A stretch of 64,000 nt of DNA from contig NC_058369.1 of the NCBI RefSeq assembly GCF_018350175.1, positions 19,408,001 to 19,472,000 on the forward strand, written 5' to 3'. Every line of letters begins with the position of its first letter. The stretch's first letter is position 1. The position numbers were made by a program, and so were the translations under genes. Below the pieces are notes generated by a model. That model was not told where the DNA came from. It saw only the letters and a program-made list of their open reading frames with translations, and made no database searches. This document shows positions 1 to 11,773 of this stretch, piece by piece. The stretch comes from Felis catus (lineage: Eukaryota).

Positions 1-58
1 GAACTTTTGTGTACAGGTTCTGTGTGCACATGTTTACAGTTCTCTTGGGTGGAATGTC
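1..58 (-). mobile_element. Old L1 3' fragment
   Basis: ttttgtgtacaggttctgtgtgcacatgtttacagttctcttgggtggaat resembles the antisense of the L1M ORF2 3' end; short and degenerate. Confidence 0.5.
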
Positions 59-114
59 CTTTTGAAGCATGCCAAAGCCACCAAGTTGGAGATGATATCT
101 AGCAAGAACAAGGA

Positions 115-330
115 GGGGCGCCTGGGTGGTTCAATCAGTTAAGCATCCAACTTCAGCTCGGGTCATGATCTCACTGTTTGTAAATTCGAGCCCTGCATCA
201 GGCTCTGTGCTGACAGCTCAGAGCCTGGAGCCTGCTTCAGAATCTGTCTCCATCTCTCTTTGCCCTTCCCCGGCTCATGCTCTGTCTCTCTCTCACTCTC
301 TCAAATACAAATAAACATTAAAAAAAAAAA
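115..330 (+). mobile_element. Feliform CAN-SINE (SINEC_Fc type), first unit of dimer
   Basis: ggggcgcctgggtggttcaatcagttaag tRNA-like head, gacagctcagagcctggagcctgcttcag body, (CT)n region, A tail. Confidence 0.95.
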
Positions 331-332
331 GT

Positions 333-576
333 GGGGCACCTGGGTGGCTCAGTCGGTTAAGCGTCTGACTTCGGCTCAGGTCATGATCTCGCGGTCTGTG
401 GGTTCGAGCCCCGTGTCAGGCTCTGTGCTGACAGCTCAGAGCCTGGAGCCTGTTTCAGATTCTGTGTCTCCCTCTTCCTCTGACCCTCCCCTGTTCATGC
501 TCTCTCTCTCTCTCTGTCTCAAAAATAAATGTTAAAAAAAAAAATTTTTTTTTAAATAAAAATTAAAAAAAAAAAA
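333..576 (+). mobile_element. Feliform CAN-SINE (SINEC_Fc type), second unit of dimer
   Basis: Full head/body/(CT)n/A-rich tail. Outer TSD aagaacaagga (104-114) / aagaatgagga (577-587) encloses both units. Confidence 0.95.
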
Positions 577-3500
577 AAGAATGAGGAACCATCCTCCAGG
601 ACACAGTACCCACCCTAAATCTATGAGCATTATAAGTGCCAGGTCCCTAATAGGCAAGAATACATAGGTCTAGGGACCAAGAGGTAGAGAAGTAAGAGTG
701 GTTTCACTTCCCTCGCACCCAGTCTCCTCTTGGGGGAATTCTGGCTTCCAATCACTTGGATTTTAGGCTCTGTGATTCTACAAGTCCTGGTTCCCAGACA
801 GGGAATGTTTTCACAGGTGACACGGTGGGAATCTTGTTTTGAGTTTCAGCTGCTAGCCGGTCACTTCAGACCCCTAAGGCCAGGAGAGCAGCAGTCATGG
901 AAAGGTAACTGATTCTTATTATCAGGAGATGCTGGGACAGGGAAAAATACGTCTGACACCCAGTGCTATGGCCTCTTTGTACTCCTGCCTCACTGCAATG
1001 AAGGATGAACAAGTGCATAAGCTTCTTGAGAAGGGCCTGAGAAGGGCATAGTGGAGCTCAGACGCAGCAGGAATGAGGGTCTGGGCCAGGGTGAGGGGAA
1101 TCTAGGGTGAGTGGGGAGGGAGAAAGAGGCTGCATACCAACTGTGGCTTTTATGTTGGAAGGCAGAGCTCATCTTGCTATTCTTCCTCTTCTAAGTTTCC
1201 CAGGTAAAGGGACCAACCAGCATTCTGGAGCAACTGAGTTTCCACAGGGGGAAAACTTATTATATGAAGCAAGGGGTCCAAGTGACTCAAGAGGTGGGCT
1301 GTTGTAGATACTGCTGAAGGTCCCCTATCAGGATGAGCTCTCATTCCCCAATTGCCAGATGATGAAGGCCCACAGCTGAGTCTATGTGAGACTCTCCTCT
1401 GGCTGAAGGGAGCCACTTCATCCATGGTCATGCACCCTCCCCAGTAGCAGCCTACATCCAGGGGTAGGGTTGTGCAGAGTACAAAGGTTAGGACCCCTGG
1501 CTTCAATTTAAGACATCTCGAAAGAGCCATCCCAGCCCCAGAGCTCCCCATGGGGCAGGTTGAGACCTCCATTCAACTGCATGTGGTCAGCTTCTCTACC
1601 TGCCCAGTTTGGTTCCATATATCCCCTTACAAGTATGGTTCCTCAGAGCACCCCCACCCCCCACAATTAATCTTCTGTTTGTAAATCTTAGTGTCTCAGA
1701 GCCTGTTTCCCAGGAACATGACCCAAAACAGAGCGCCCAGGCTGTCTGCCCCCATCAGTGTCAAATCCTGGGCCAGCCTGCAGAGGCTCAAGAAATCCCT
1801 GCCACAAGCAGCTACTGGACCTCCAACCCCCAGACCTGTCTTCACAGCCCCAACCCCACGTTGAGGCCCCACCCCCTTCAGGGAGGTATGATTATGAGGC
1901 CCTTTTACGGGTGAAACCAAAGCTCTAGAGGGGAACTAGCTTGTCCAAGGTCCCAGAGCTAGAAAGGGGCTAATTGGAGTTTGAACACCTGTCTATCTGA
2001 ATCTCCTTGACCACCATCCCCATGACTTTCATAACTCCTGCCATTGCAAGAGAGAGGGGCAGGCAGCAGGCTCTGGGAGCTTGGAGGAGACAGCTCACCT
2101 TGGCCTGGAGAGGTGGAAAGGAGCCCCAAGGAGCAGATGTGTGGTTCAGGCAGGTAGATGTGCCAGGAAAGGTGTTGCAGGAAGAGGGAACAGTGAGGGC
2201 AAAGGTTAGGAGATAACCCTAATGCAGGGAGAGAAGCTCTGGTTTGGGGTGGTGAGTCAGGGAAGGGAGGTGTGATCTGTGTGAAGGTCACAGATGGTGG
2301 ACACAGATCAGGCTCAGGTCCTGCATCTGTTTTGCCCTGCCCCCACCTCCCTGTGTCCCATCTCCCCCACGCCCCCCCCCCCCCCCCACCACAAGGTTCC
2401 GGTGCCTGCTCTGAATGGCCAATGAGGCCATCTGATTGGCTCATCAAGGGCAAATAATAGCTTTTGCTGAATTCAGCTGCAGCCAATCAGAGGCAATCAA
2501 GCACACAAGAGGCCTGATGGGCCACACAGGCGGGTGCACCCACAGGCACCAGAGCTGGCCCCTCAGTCAGGTTCCGGAAGCCTCCCTCCCTCCCTTATCT
2601 TGTGTGAGAGAACTGGAGTAGTGGTCAGGGCAACAAGGAGGGGGGTCTCAGGAAGAAAAGGGGAAGGGACCCAGCTGGGCTCCATAGCATTTACTTGGCA
2701 CCTGCTGTGTACCCAGATCTCTGGAGAAGCTGTGCCCTGATAAGAAAGACTCAGGTAGAGGACACACTCACCCCAGCACACGCTCTGCAGAACAGGCCCA
2801 GCTCACAGGCCTCAGGAGGGGGCCTCCTTACGAGAAGCTGTTCTGAACCCCACAACAGCCTCCCAGCATTTGTCCCTTGGCCGCCCCCAGCCTGCCCTCC
2901 TGGGTGTCTCTGTGCTGAGTTCTTGCCTCTTTCCTGAGGAGAGTGGAGCCTCCAATCAGACCCTGGGAAAGCAATTTTTCAATCTCCAACTGCAAACACT
3001 AATACTGCCGAAGCTAATTTTATAGATTTCCACTTCGAGGCCTTGCCTTTGTCCCAGAATCCCTCAGCCCGGGAGATTAGTAGTTTAGAGACTGGAAAAA
3101 ATAAGGTATTTTAAAATTCAGCATAAAACCCTCTCTTAGATTCAGTGAGCTTAAAAAAATTTTTTTTTGATTGGAAAAGAGCCCGTTAGTGAAGGAGGAG
3201 CCAGGTCTGATCCCTGCTCCACCGGGTGGCCAGAGAAGGGGTGCTCTGTTTCCAGCCCCCAGATGCCTACAGCCTCTGCAACATGGCTGGAACCTGCAGC
3301 CTGGGGAGGGGCAGAGAAGGGGGAACAGCTAGGCTCCATCCTGTGTGCTGGGAACGCGTAGGCCCTCCGCTCGACCCTCTGGGATCTGTGTACCCCTTGA
3401 AGCTACCCAGGATTTCCCCGATCCCAACCTCAAAGCCTGACAAGCTGTAGAGAAGGCTTCAGGCCACAGGCGTGCCACCCACTTTGCCAGTGAGGCTGAT

Positions 3501-4539
3501 TCCATTCTGAAGCAGACTCTCTCTGGGCCTCAGTTTCCCATCTAACCAAACAGCCAAAGTCCCTGGCCATGTGGCCCACCCAGCTCAGTGAAGCCCAGAG
3601 CTGCATGCCCACTGCACACGTACACCCCAGGCCACACACGCTCGGACCCTTGCCCTGGCACAGACAAGCAAGTGCAGGACGCGTTTGGCAGAGCTCATTC
3701 CACGAGCACCTCGCTATTGCATCTCTCACAGATGAAGAGCGTAATCACTCTGGCTCTCTGGGGGCCACAAGCTCAGAAACATCCTAATGAAAAATAAATG
3801 TATTTACAGGGAGACGTCAAAGCCGCCAGGACGAGTCAAAGTAATATGCCTGCGACCAGCACGCGGACTTTTATTTCTTCCCCCTCCACGCTCCAGAGCT
3901 GCTCCTGCGGCGTGGAGAGATAAATATTTTAAATAGCGACACTTTGGCGATGCACGGTTATGCAAGACAAGGAATAATTAGAAAATAAATTACTTTTTTT
4001 AAACACAGCGTTACAAACATCGGGCGCATCAGATTACTCCTCTCCGCAGTCCAGGGCTGCGCAGCTCCAGAGGCCAGCCCGGCAAGGACCACGGGAAGCA
4101 ACCACACACCAGCCTGTCCCCACAACCCCTAGATGGTGACATCCCCTCCCGCCTGCTTGAGGAGGCTCCCAGAATCGAATTGAAGACCACACTTGGCAGC
4201 TTCTAGAAAATCTCGGCGATGGAAAGGCTTCCTCCGGCGTCTCACCAGCAGTGGCGCAGACTAAAAATAGTTTAATCTCCTTGAAAGCAAAAGGAGCAAT
4301 CAGCAAAACAGACACTCGGGCCTGCGTGCTCCCCCCGCCGATCCTCACCATGCTCTGCCCCCCTCTGTCCAGGCCTGTCCCCACTGCCAACCATCATAAA
4401 CTTCTGCCCAACCTCTGGGCAGCAGCCTGTGATCCCCCTCCCCCAATCTGAGGGAGGCAGCTCTTGCCCATCATTTAAGGTTCCTAGTGTCTGCAGCCGG
4501 GACCAAGTTACATGTATGATATGTGTCCTTTAAGCCTTG

Positions 4540-4640
4540 TGACACCCCAGGAGGCAGGACAAGGAGTGATCCCTGCTTTACAGATGAGGAAACAGGCACA
4601 GAGAGGTGGAGTCACTTGCCCAAGGCTGGAAATAATAGAG
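4540..4640 (-). mobile_element. MIR fragment
   Basis: MIR core tttacagatgaggaaacaggcacagagaggtggagtcacttgcccaagg. Confidence 0.75.
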
Positions 4641-6664
4641 GAGAATTCAGGTCTTGCTACTAGACAGCCTGGGCTGTGTGCTAAGGGAGGAGGGGTTCAG
4701 CCTCTGCAGAAAGGAGGCTGGTGGCTTTTAATTAGCATCAAGCCTGAGTTTCCATTGATGGTTCCTGAGACACAAAAGCTGCCCAGGGCAAGAAGTGGCA
4801 AAGGTTGGTAGGATGGGGAATGGGAGAGTCTCACACATTCAGGGGGCACAGGTCTATTGGTATGGGTCTGTCACACAGATGCGTCTTGCCTATTGTGGCT
4901 GGAGTGACATTGTAATTTCACCATTTTTACCCACTGGCCGAGGATGGGGTCTGCACACCTGTGTTATGGCCCCAGCTCTGCGACCACCCTGCTGTGTGGT
5001 GGAGAGCCTATCCCTGTCCTCTCTGGGCCTCGGTTTCCTCAGAGATGGGCCAAGTCGATCTGAGGGACTGAGAGCCCAGCAGCAATTCTGTGCCCCACCA
5101 GGCCTGCCCGGCACACTCTCTTGACCCTCCTTACTCAGCCCTATGTCTCCACTTTGTCCACTTGCCCTTGCCAGGACCTGGTCTCCAATCCAGTCCCATG
5201 CCCTTCGCGATGCTCTTCATGGGCTCCCCGAGAATGCTGCAGTCTCTTCAGAATTCAGAAATGCCTTCTGTCCCCTTCCCCCACCCTTCAGAGACTGCAG
5301 CCAGGACATAAAGCAATACATGGGGCTCTGGCGGGTGGTCCAGCTTGCCCAACCTCCCGAAATGCCATCAGGGAAGTTGGAACTGAGACCTCCTTTCATA
5401 AAATATCTTTCCTGGTAACCAGCAGCTGCAAAAAATTACTCCATAACCTCACTCCGAGCTTTTCAAAAATAGCCTGCGGGCCTGCTTCTAGAAGACGCTG
5501 CACTGCCCAGCCCTATCCATAGGGCGGAGGAAGGTTGCTCCATCTCCCCACTGCCCTGGCTGCCCAATCCACCCCTTGGCCCCCTGGTACACTGGCCAGC
5601 TGTCCTCACATCCAGTCCTTGCTTCCTGCTCCAGCCATTGGCCTGGGTCTAGTCCCTTGCCTCCAGCCCAGCCCAGTCTTTGCCTCTCCCTGCCCAGCCT
5701 TTGGTCCCTAGTCCAGCTCTTGCCCCCACAACTCCACATTCCTCTGTTGCTACCTCAGCGCACACAGGGCTTGGTTCTGTCACCTGCAGCAACTCCACAT
5801 CTTCTCATCTCAACATGACCCCGAGGGCAGAGACAACACTCTCTCTTTCACAGATAGGAAGCTGGGGCTCAGGTCACCTGATTGCGAGGGGCTTCTTTGG
5901 ATCTGACCACCCCCGAGCTGGATCACTCACCCAGCTTCAGGAGAAGCTCAATTTAAACAGGTGCCAGTGGGGACTAAGGAAGGCACCACAAGCAGATGGA
6001 ACAGGCAGGGCAAGGGCATGGCCCTGGGGAGCTTGGAGACGTGGGGCTGAGCTCAAGAGAGGACTCTCACTTAGAACAGCCTGAATCTTTGGGAGCTGCA
6101 CCACGGGATGAGCCCTCAGCCCTCAGCCAAGGTCAGGGTAATGCCCTGCCCTGGTCATGGAAGCCCTAGGTAACCCTACCTGGGCACAAAGAAGGTGCTG
6201 GGGCGGGGGGGGGGCGGATATCCAGGGAATAGCTGGCACGCTGTCAATCAAGGCAGAACTTTATCCACAAAGCCCTTCCCCACTGCTGACTATGTAAGCC
6301 AGGCTAGCTGGGGCTTCCTACTGCATAGATGGGGGAACTGAGGCTTGGAATGAGGGGCACCTGGTCATAAGGAGAGAGCCAGGCTGCTTAGGTTCCCTAT
6401 TGAGCCCCCTGCCTCCCTGCCTTCTCCCTAAATCCCCTCCTCTGCTCCCTGATGCTAACCCCAAGCCAAACCCTGGGCCCGATGCACTCCCAGGCACAGG
6501 GCAGCAGTTCTCAAACTGTGTTCTCTGGAGTCCAGGACAGGAAACAGGGCTCATGTGGAGGATAAGGAGCAGTGAGAGGGAGGTCAAGAGGCCAGCCTGC
6601 CTGCCGCCTCCCTCAGCCACAGAAAACCTCCTGCTTATCCATTCACTGGCCAGGGCCCTGCATG

Positions 6665-7305
6665 GATTTCACTAAATGGTAATTACGGTCTCAGCTGCTA
6701 TAAGAGCATGACAGCAAGTGGTGCCTAGGGGACTGAACTTCTATTCTTTCTCAAAACTTCCTGAAACCACAGGAAAGGGTTATTCAAAATGGCAAAAACC
6801 CATGAGTCAAAGAAAACATGCAGGAGGTGCTAGAAACAACATTTGGAAGCTGGAAGCAGATGGACCATGGACCGTGGTGATGGACTCAGCAGGCCCTGGG
6901 AGGCTCTCCTGTGCTGGCAGTAGGTTAATGTTGGGGAACCCCAAAGAACAAGACCTGAAACCCCAAATGGGAGGCTGAATGAAACTTCCCTGGGAACCTA
7001 CAGCCCAGAAGGGCCATTTGGCCAGATCACCCACAATGAAATCAAATCCCATGAACCCCCCACCCAACCCCCCTGTGCCTGGATGTCACCCCCACATTCA
7101 GTGCCCCCACTCTCTGGTGGTGGTTTGACTTGAAACTCAGAGGATTGTGAGCCCCACTTCTCAGCTCCTATCACATAAACTCATGTGTTAGCTTAAATAT
7201 GAGTAGACCAGGTGAAACCCTAAAACACAGAGGGGACACAGGCACATAGGAGGCAGGGACCAAAACAAACAAAAAGCTCCTGAAGGAACCTGGGCTACAG
7301 AAGGA
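6665..7305 (+). mobile_element. HAL1 (half-L1) 5' part
   Basis: caaaaacccatgag...aacaacatttggaagctggaagcagatggac and gaccaaaacaaacaaaaag resemble recalled HAL1 5' sequence; element resumes after 9280. Confidence 0.6.
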
Positions 7306-8137
7306 ACCATAAGTTGCGTATGCTAGGGTTGAAGAAATAAGTAAATATATTATTGATAACAAGAACTTGGTTTCTCACTGTTGGAGATGGAAGTCACAAA
7401 GAGGAAAGGAGGAAGACTCGAATGAACCTCGTTGCACTGGATTGGAGTCAGAAGTTTTGGTATAGATTCATAGTTCTGAATATACACACAGATAGATAAA
7501 GATGTAATCATAGGTATGTGTGTACACATGGGTAGCAGACGCACATATATTTCCCCAGTTCTGATCATGAGAGGGCCTGGAAGCAGTAACACCCCAGTAG
7601 CAAGGAGCACACTTGGCACACAGATCTTTACCGCTTGCCAATGAACAGAACCAGAACTCCTTGGAGAAGTAGCTGATTCCAGGGAAAATACAAGATGAGC
7701 CTGGAGGATCTTTGTGGTAACAGAAAGTAAGGAAGTATTCAAATAAGGGTAAGAGTATGTCAGAGGGGCAAAGGAGCCAACATAGAAGAGCTCAAATGGC
7801 CAAAGCTGGAATGAGCAAGAAAAGAAACAATGACAATCGTGAATTATAACCTACAGAATAAGGAGTCATGAGTCGACACTGATATAAATAAATAATTGAA
7901 TAAACAAGTAAGACAAGCAGTGGAGGAAGCAAGCAGACACCATCTGAACCAAGTAATCAAAATTAACATCACCAATAATAAGGCATACTGACATCATGTA
8001 CTCCCTAATGTGATATGCTAAGAAGGACACATCATTTCTATGGTGTTGTTCCTAAAAATGCATAACCTCAATCTACTCACAGGAAAACATCAAACACAAA
8101 TTGAAGGATATTAAACAAAAATAACTGACCAGTATTT

Positions 8138-8352
8138 AAAAAAATTTTTTTTAAATGTTTATTCATTCTTGAGAGACAGAGCATGAGGGGGGATGGGGCA
8201 GAGATACAGAGAGGGAGACACAGAATCCGAAGCAGGCTCCAGGCTCTGAGCTGTCCGCATGGAACCCGACCTGGTGCTCAAGCTCATAAACCATGAGATC
8301 ACGGCCTGAGCCGAAGTCAGACACTTAACCGACTGAGCCACCAAGGTGCCCC
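8138..8352 (-). mobile_element. CAN-SINE (SINEC_Fc type)
   Basis: Reverse-strand full element; TSD tgaccagtattt (8126-8137) / tgaccaatactt (8353-8364). Confidence 0.93.
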
Positions 8353-8489
8353 TGACCAATACTTTTTAAAAAGTGTCAAGATCATGAAAGACCAAGACAC
8401 AGAAACTGTCACAGACTGGAGGAGCAACTAAATGCAATGTGGAATCCTGGTAGAGAAAAATGACATTAGTATAAAAACTGGTGAAATTC

Positions 8490-8716
8490 GGGGCACCTGG
8501 GTGGCTCAGTCGGCTCAGCCTCCAACTTCAGCTCAGGTCATGATCTCACGGTTTATGAGTTCAAGCCCTGTGTTGGGCTCTGTGCTGACAGCCCAGAGCC
8601 TGGAGCCTGCTTCAGATTCTGTGTCTCCCTCTCTCTCTGCCCCTCCCTGACTCATACTCGTGTGTGCGTGCGCTCTCTCTCTCTCTCTCTCCCAAAAATA
8701 AAATAAAAACATTAAA
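8490..8716 (+). mobile_element. CAN-SINE (SINEC_Fc type), first unit of dimer
   Basis: Full head/body/(CT)n/A tail; left TSD aaactggtgaaattc (8475-8489). Confidence 0.95.
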
Positions 8717-8938
8717 GGGGCACCTGGGTGCCTCAGTCAGTTAAGTGGCCCATTTTGGCTCAGGTCATGATCTCACGGTCCATGGATTCAAGCCCTGCGT
8801 CAGGCTCTGTACTGACAGCTCGGAGCCTGGAGCCTGCTTCAGATTCTGTGTCTCCTCTCTCTGCCCCTCCTTTGCTCATGCTCTGTTTCTCTCTGTCTCT
8901 CAAAAAAATGAATAAAAATGTTAAAACAAATTCAGAAT
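8717..8938 (+). mobile_element. CAN-SINE (SINEC_Fc type), second unit of dimer
   Basis: Full element; right TSD aaactggtgaaatcc (8939-8953) matches the one left of the first unit. Confidence 0.95.
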
Positions 8939-9126
8939 AAACTGGTGAAATCCAAATACAGTCTTCACTTTGGTTAGTAATAAGGTACCAGTGTCAATTT
9001 CTCCTTAGCTTTGATACTTGCATTATGGTTATACAAGATGGGGAAATTGGGTGAAGGGTCAGGAAATTTCTATGCTATTTTGTCAACCTCTCTGTAAGTC
9101 TAAAATCACCTCAAAACAAAGGAGTT

Positions 9127-9236
9127 GGGTTTTTGTTTTGTTTTTTAAGTAGGCTCCATGCCCAATATGGGGCTTGAACTCATGACCCTGAGATCAAGCG
9201 TTGCATAGTCTACCAACTAAGCCAGCCAGGGTCCCC
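9127..9236 (-). mobile_element. Short tRNA-derived CAN-SINE (SINEC_old-like)
   Basis: Minus strand GGGGACCCTGGCTGGCTTAGTTGGTAGA...GAGTTCAAGCCCC...CTACTTAAAAAAC; TSD aaaggagtt at 9118-9126 and 9237-9245. Confidence 0.85.
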
Positions 9237-9279
9237 AAAGGAGTTTTTTGTTTGTTTGTTTGTTTGGTTTTGTTTTTTA

Positions 9280-10680
9280 AGCTATAATACTATCATCCTC
9301 AGAGAGCAAACAGGCATTGTCGCAACAATGAAACAAGAGATAGATGTTATTTTTTCAAAGGATCAAAGAGAGATCCTGGAAATTAAAAACAGGGTAACAA
9401 AATGTAAAACTTGATAGAAAGGATGGAAGATAAAATTAAGAACCTCCTGATAAAAAAACACAATGGAAAATTGGAGAGAAAAGAGAAAAAAAAGAAAAGA
9501 AAAAGTCTGAGTTAAAGGTTCTAGAAAGAGAACAGAAAATATTAGGCAAAGAAATCATTCAAGAAAACTTCCCAGAACTGAAGGACATGAGTGTCCAGCT
9601 TGAAGTGTTCACTGAATGGTAAAGAGTGAAAATAAACCCCACTAAGGTGTATCAGTGTGGAATTTCTGAACGCTGGGCACAGGGGAGAAAGTTTCTAGAG
9701 ATAAAGATCAGCCCATGTACAAAGGACCGGGAATGTGAATGAACTTTGGACCTCTCCAGAGCAACTCAAAAAGCTGGAAGGAATGGAGCACTGCCTTAGG
9801 AATTCTGAGGCAAATAGTTTCCACACTGGACTTACACACCCAACTAAAATGTCTGCCAAGTGTGGGGGAGAGGGCAGGCTTTCTGAGACATGGAAGTCTC
9901 AAAAGTCTAGCTCCCGCGTACCTTCCCTCAAGAAGTCAACTGAAAATGTCTCTACCCAAACAAGGGAGAAAATCAGAAACCAAGGAAGTGGAGCCCATGG
10001 TATCCAGGAAACAGGGATTCCAACCCAGATGAGAGGGGAGGGGGATCCCAGGCACAGTCTGAGCCACAGGCTGTGTTCGCGGGAGCAAGTAGGGGGCTCC
10101 AGGTAAGACTTCCTGGGGCAGTTTACTGGACAGAATCCCAGGTGGATCTGCATGTATGACAGGAGGTCAGAGAGAAGAGCAGGGGGTTTGGGGCAGCATG
10201 ACCAAAGGTTCACAGAAAACTAAGCAGACACCAGACAGTTGTTATCTGCAGGAAAAAAATGTAAAAATTGTACCCAAAAGTGTGTACTATGAGTTACAGT
10301 TCTGAATAGCATCTGCCCAAGTCAGGACAATGTCAACACTGAGTCCAACCCCACCCACATCACGGTGTGATGGTGTTGGGAGGGTGAAGGATAGGACTGT
10401 GCGTGGGGAAGAGGGGAAGAAAGGGAGAGGAGGACGTAGCTCGGAGAGCTACGTCCTCCTCTTCCCTAGTGCGTGTCCGTGGATAATGCCTAAAACTGAG
10501 CAATCGTGAAGTAGTGACATAAGTATGTCATTTAGAGATACGGAGTTCTGAGATTAGAAAGTGACAGCCTCTGGGGAGTTGGAAATGGAGAGGAGGGGGC
10601 TGCTGTGCTCCTAACACAACATGCCTGTTAAAACCATGGCTTTATACTATGTGCGTATATGACACTGATTTTAAAACCCT
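9280..10680 (+). mobile_element. HAL1 3' part (decayed ORF1-like region and 3' UTR)
   Basis: ORF1-like remnants EIIQENFPELKDMSVQLE (~9550-9604) and WSTALGILRQ (~9785), no following ORF2, and a HAL1-like 3' tail (gataatgcctaaaactga...tttagagatacggag...tatactatgtgcgtatat). Confidence 0.75.
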
Positions 10681-11773
10681 GACTTTAAAAATCCATATAG
10701 AAATGTAAGAATAAGAAAAAAAAATATTAATAAAGGGAGAAAGGAGGGGGATGTGGGAGAAGGAAGAAAGGAAAAAGAATAATGTAGGCAGAGGAGTCAG
10801 AGGCAGGAGATGGACTGCTTTGACTCCCACCTCTGGCCCGCAGCCAGGAGACCCCAAAGGGCAGAGCTGATGTTGCGCTCTGTTGACATCACCACCACCT
10901 CTGTTTACTCTCACTGCAAATGAAGGGGGTTCGAGGTTTCAGTTCCCTGACCAGCTGAGTACACAGACCTGGCTCCTTAGGCCAAAACATCAACTCAGTA
11001 GTAGTGACCCTGGTCCGGGTGACCCCTCATCCCCACTTCTACCTTTCCCCAAAGTTGGGGGTAATCAGAAAGCAAGCTGAGGGACAGCAGCCCAGAGTGG
11101 GGGATGGTACCAGGTGGGGAGAGGAAGCTCCACATCTTCCACAAGGTGCAGCCATGGGTGTACTCATTACCTCTGCACCGACCTCTACTTAAACCTGTGC
11201 CAGACTCACAGGCAGCCATGCTTGGGGAGGGCTGAGGAGGGAAGGGACTGCCTGAAAAGTGGGGCTGGGTAAGCCACAGATGTCTGTGCAAACTCTCACC
11301 CACTCCCCGGGATCCCGACTCCTCATGTAATCTCCTGGAAAATGCAAAAACCTGCAGCCCTTCAACCCAGCGGCCTCCTTGCACTAGACGAATGTCCACC
11401 CCAGGGGCCCCTCGGTCCCAGGGAGGGAGGGGGGACGAGTGTGAGACCTGCAAAGAGGAGCTTCACACAAAGCATAAGCTCAGATGAGAGTTGGGCTCAG
11501 CTGGAGGAAATCTGGAGCCCTCAGGGAACAGAGAACCAGACATTGGACCCAGACCCCTGGTCTGGGTCTCAAAAAGGAAGATTGCAAGCCAGGTAAGCAC
11601 CATGGGAGAGCCCCTTTGTCACTCAGGCCTTGTCCTTCCCAGGAGCCTTCAAGACCCTTATGTGTCTCATTGTGCGTCACTGCATGGAAAAGGAGCTCCA
11701 GGGTCCCCAGGGGACAGGTGGTGGCTCTCCCAGCCCCATGGATAGACAACGCCTTTCCCAGCTCTGCCAAGGG

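Larger units (their letters stand above)
7310..9117 (+). mobile_element. L1MC-type (L1MC3/4-like) 3' UTR fragment, interrupted by three SINEs
   Basis: Typical motifs cttggtttctcactgttggaga, gaaccagaactccttggagaagtagctgattccaggg, aaccaagtaatcaaaattaacatcacc, caactaaatgcaatgtggaatcctgg, and 3' end caacctctctgtaagtctaaaat. Confidence 0.8.

Noticed and set aside
9127..9236. tRNA-like sequence with A and B boxes
   Set aside because: Has an A-rich tail and TSD and lacks an intact acceptor stem; it is a SINE, not a tRNA gene.
9540..10106. ORF1-like peptides as a domesticated gene
   Set aside because: Fragmented by stops and frameshifts; decayed HAL1.
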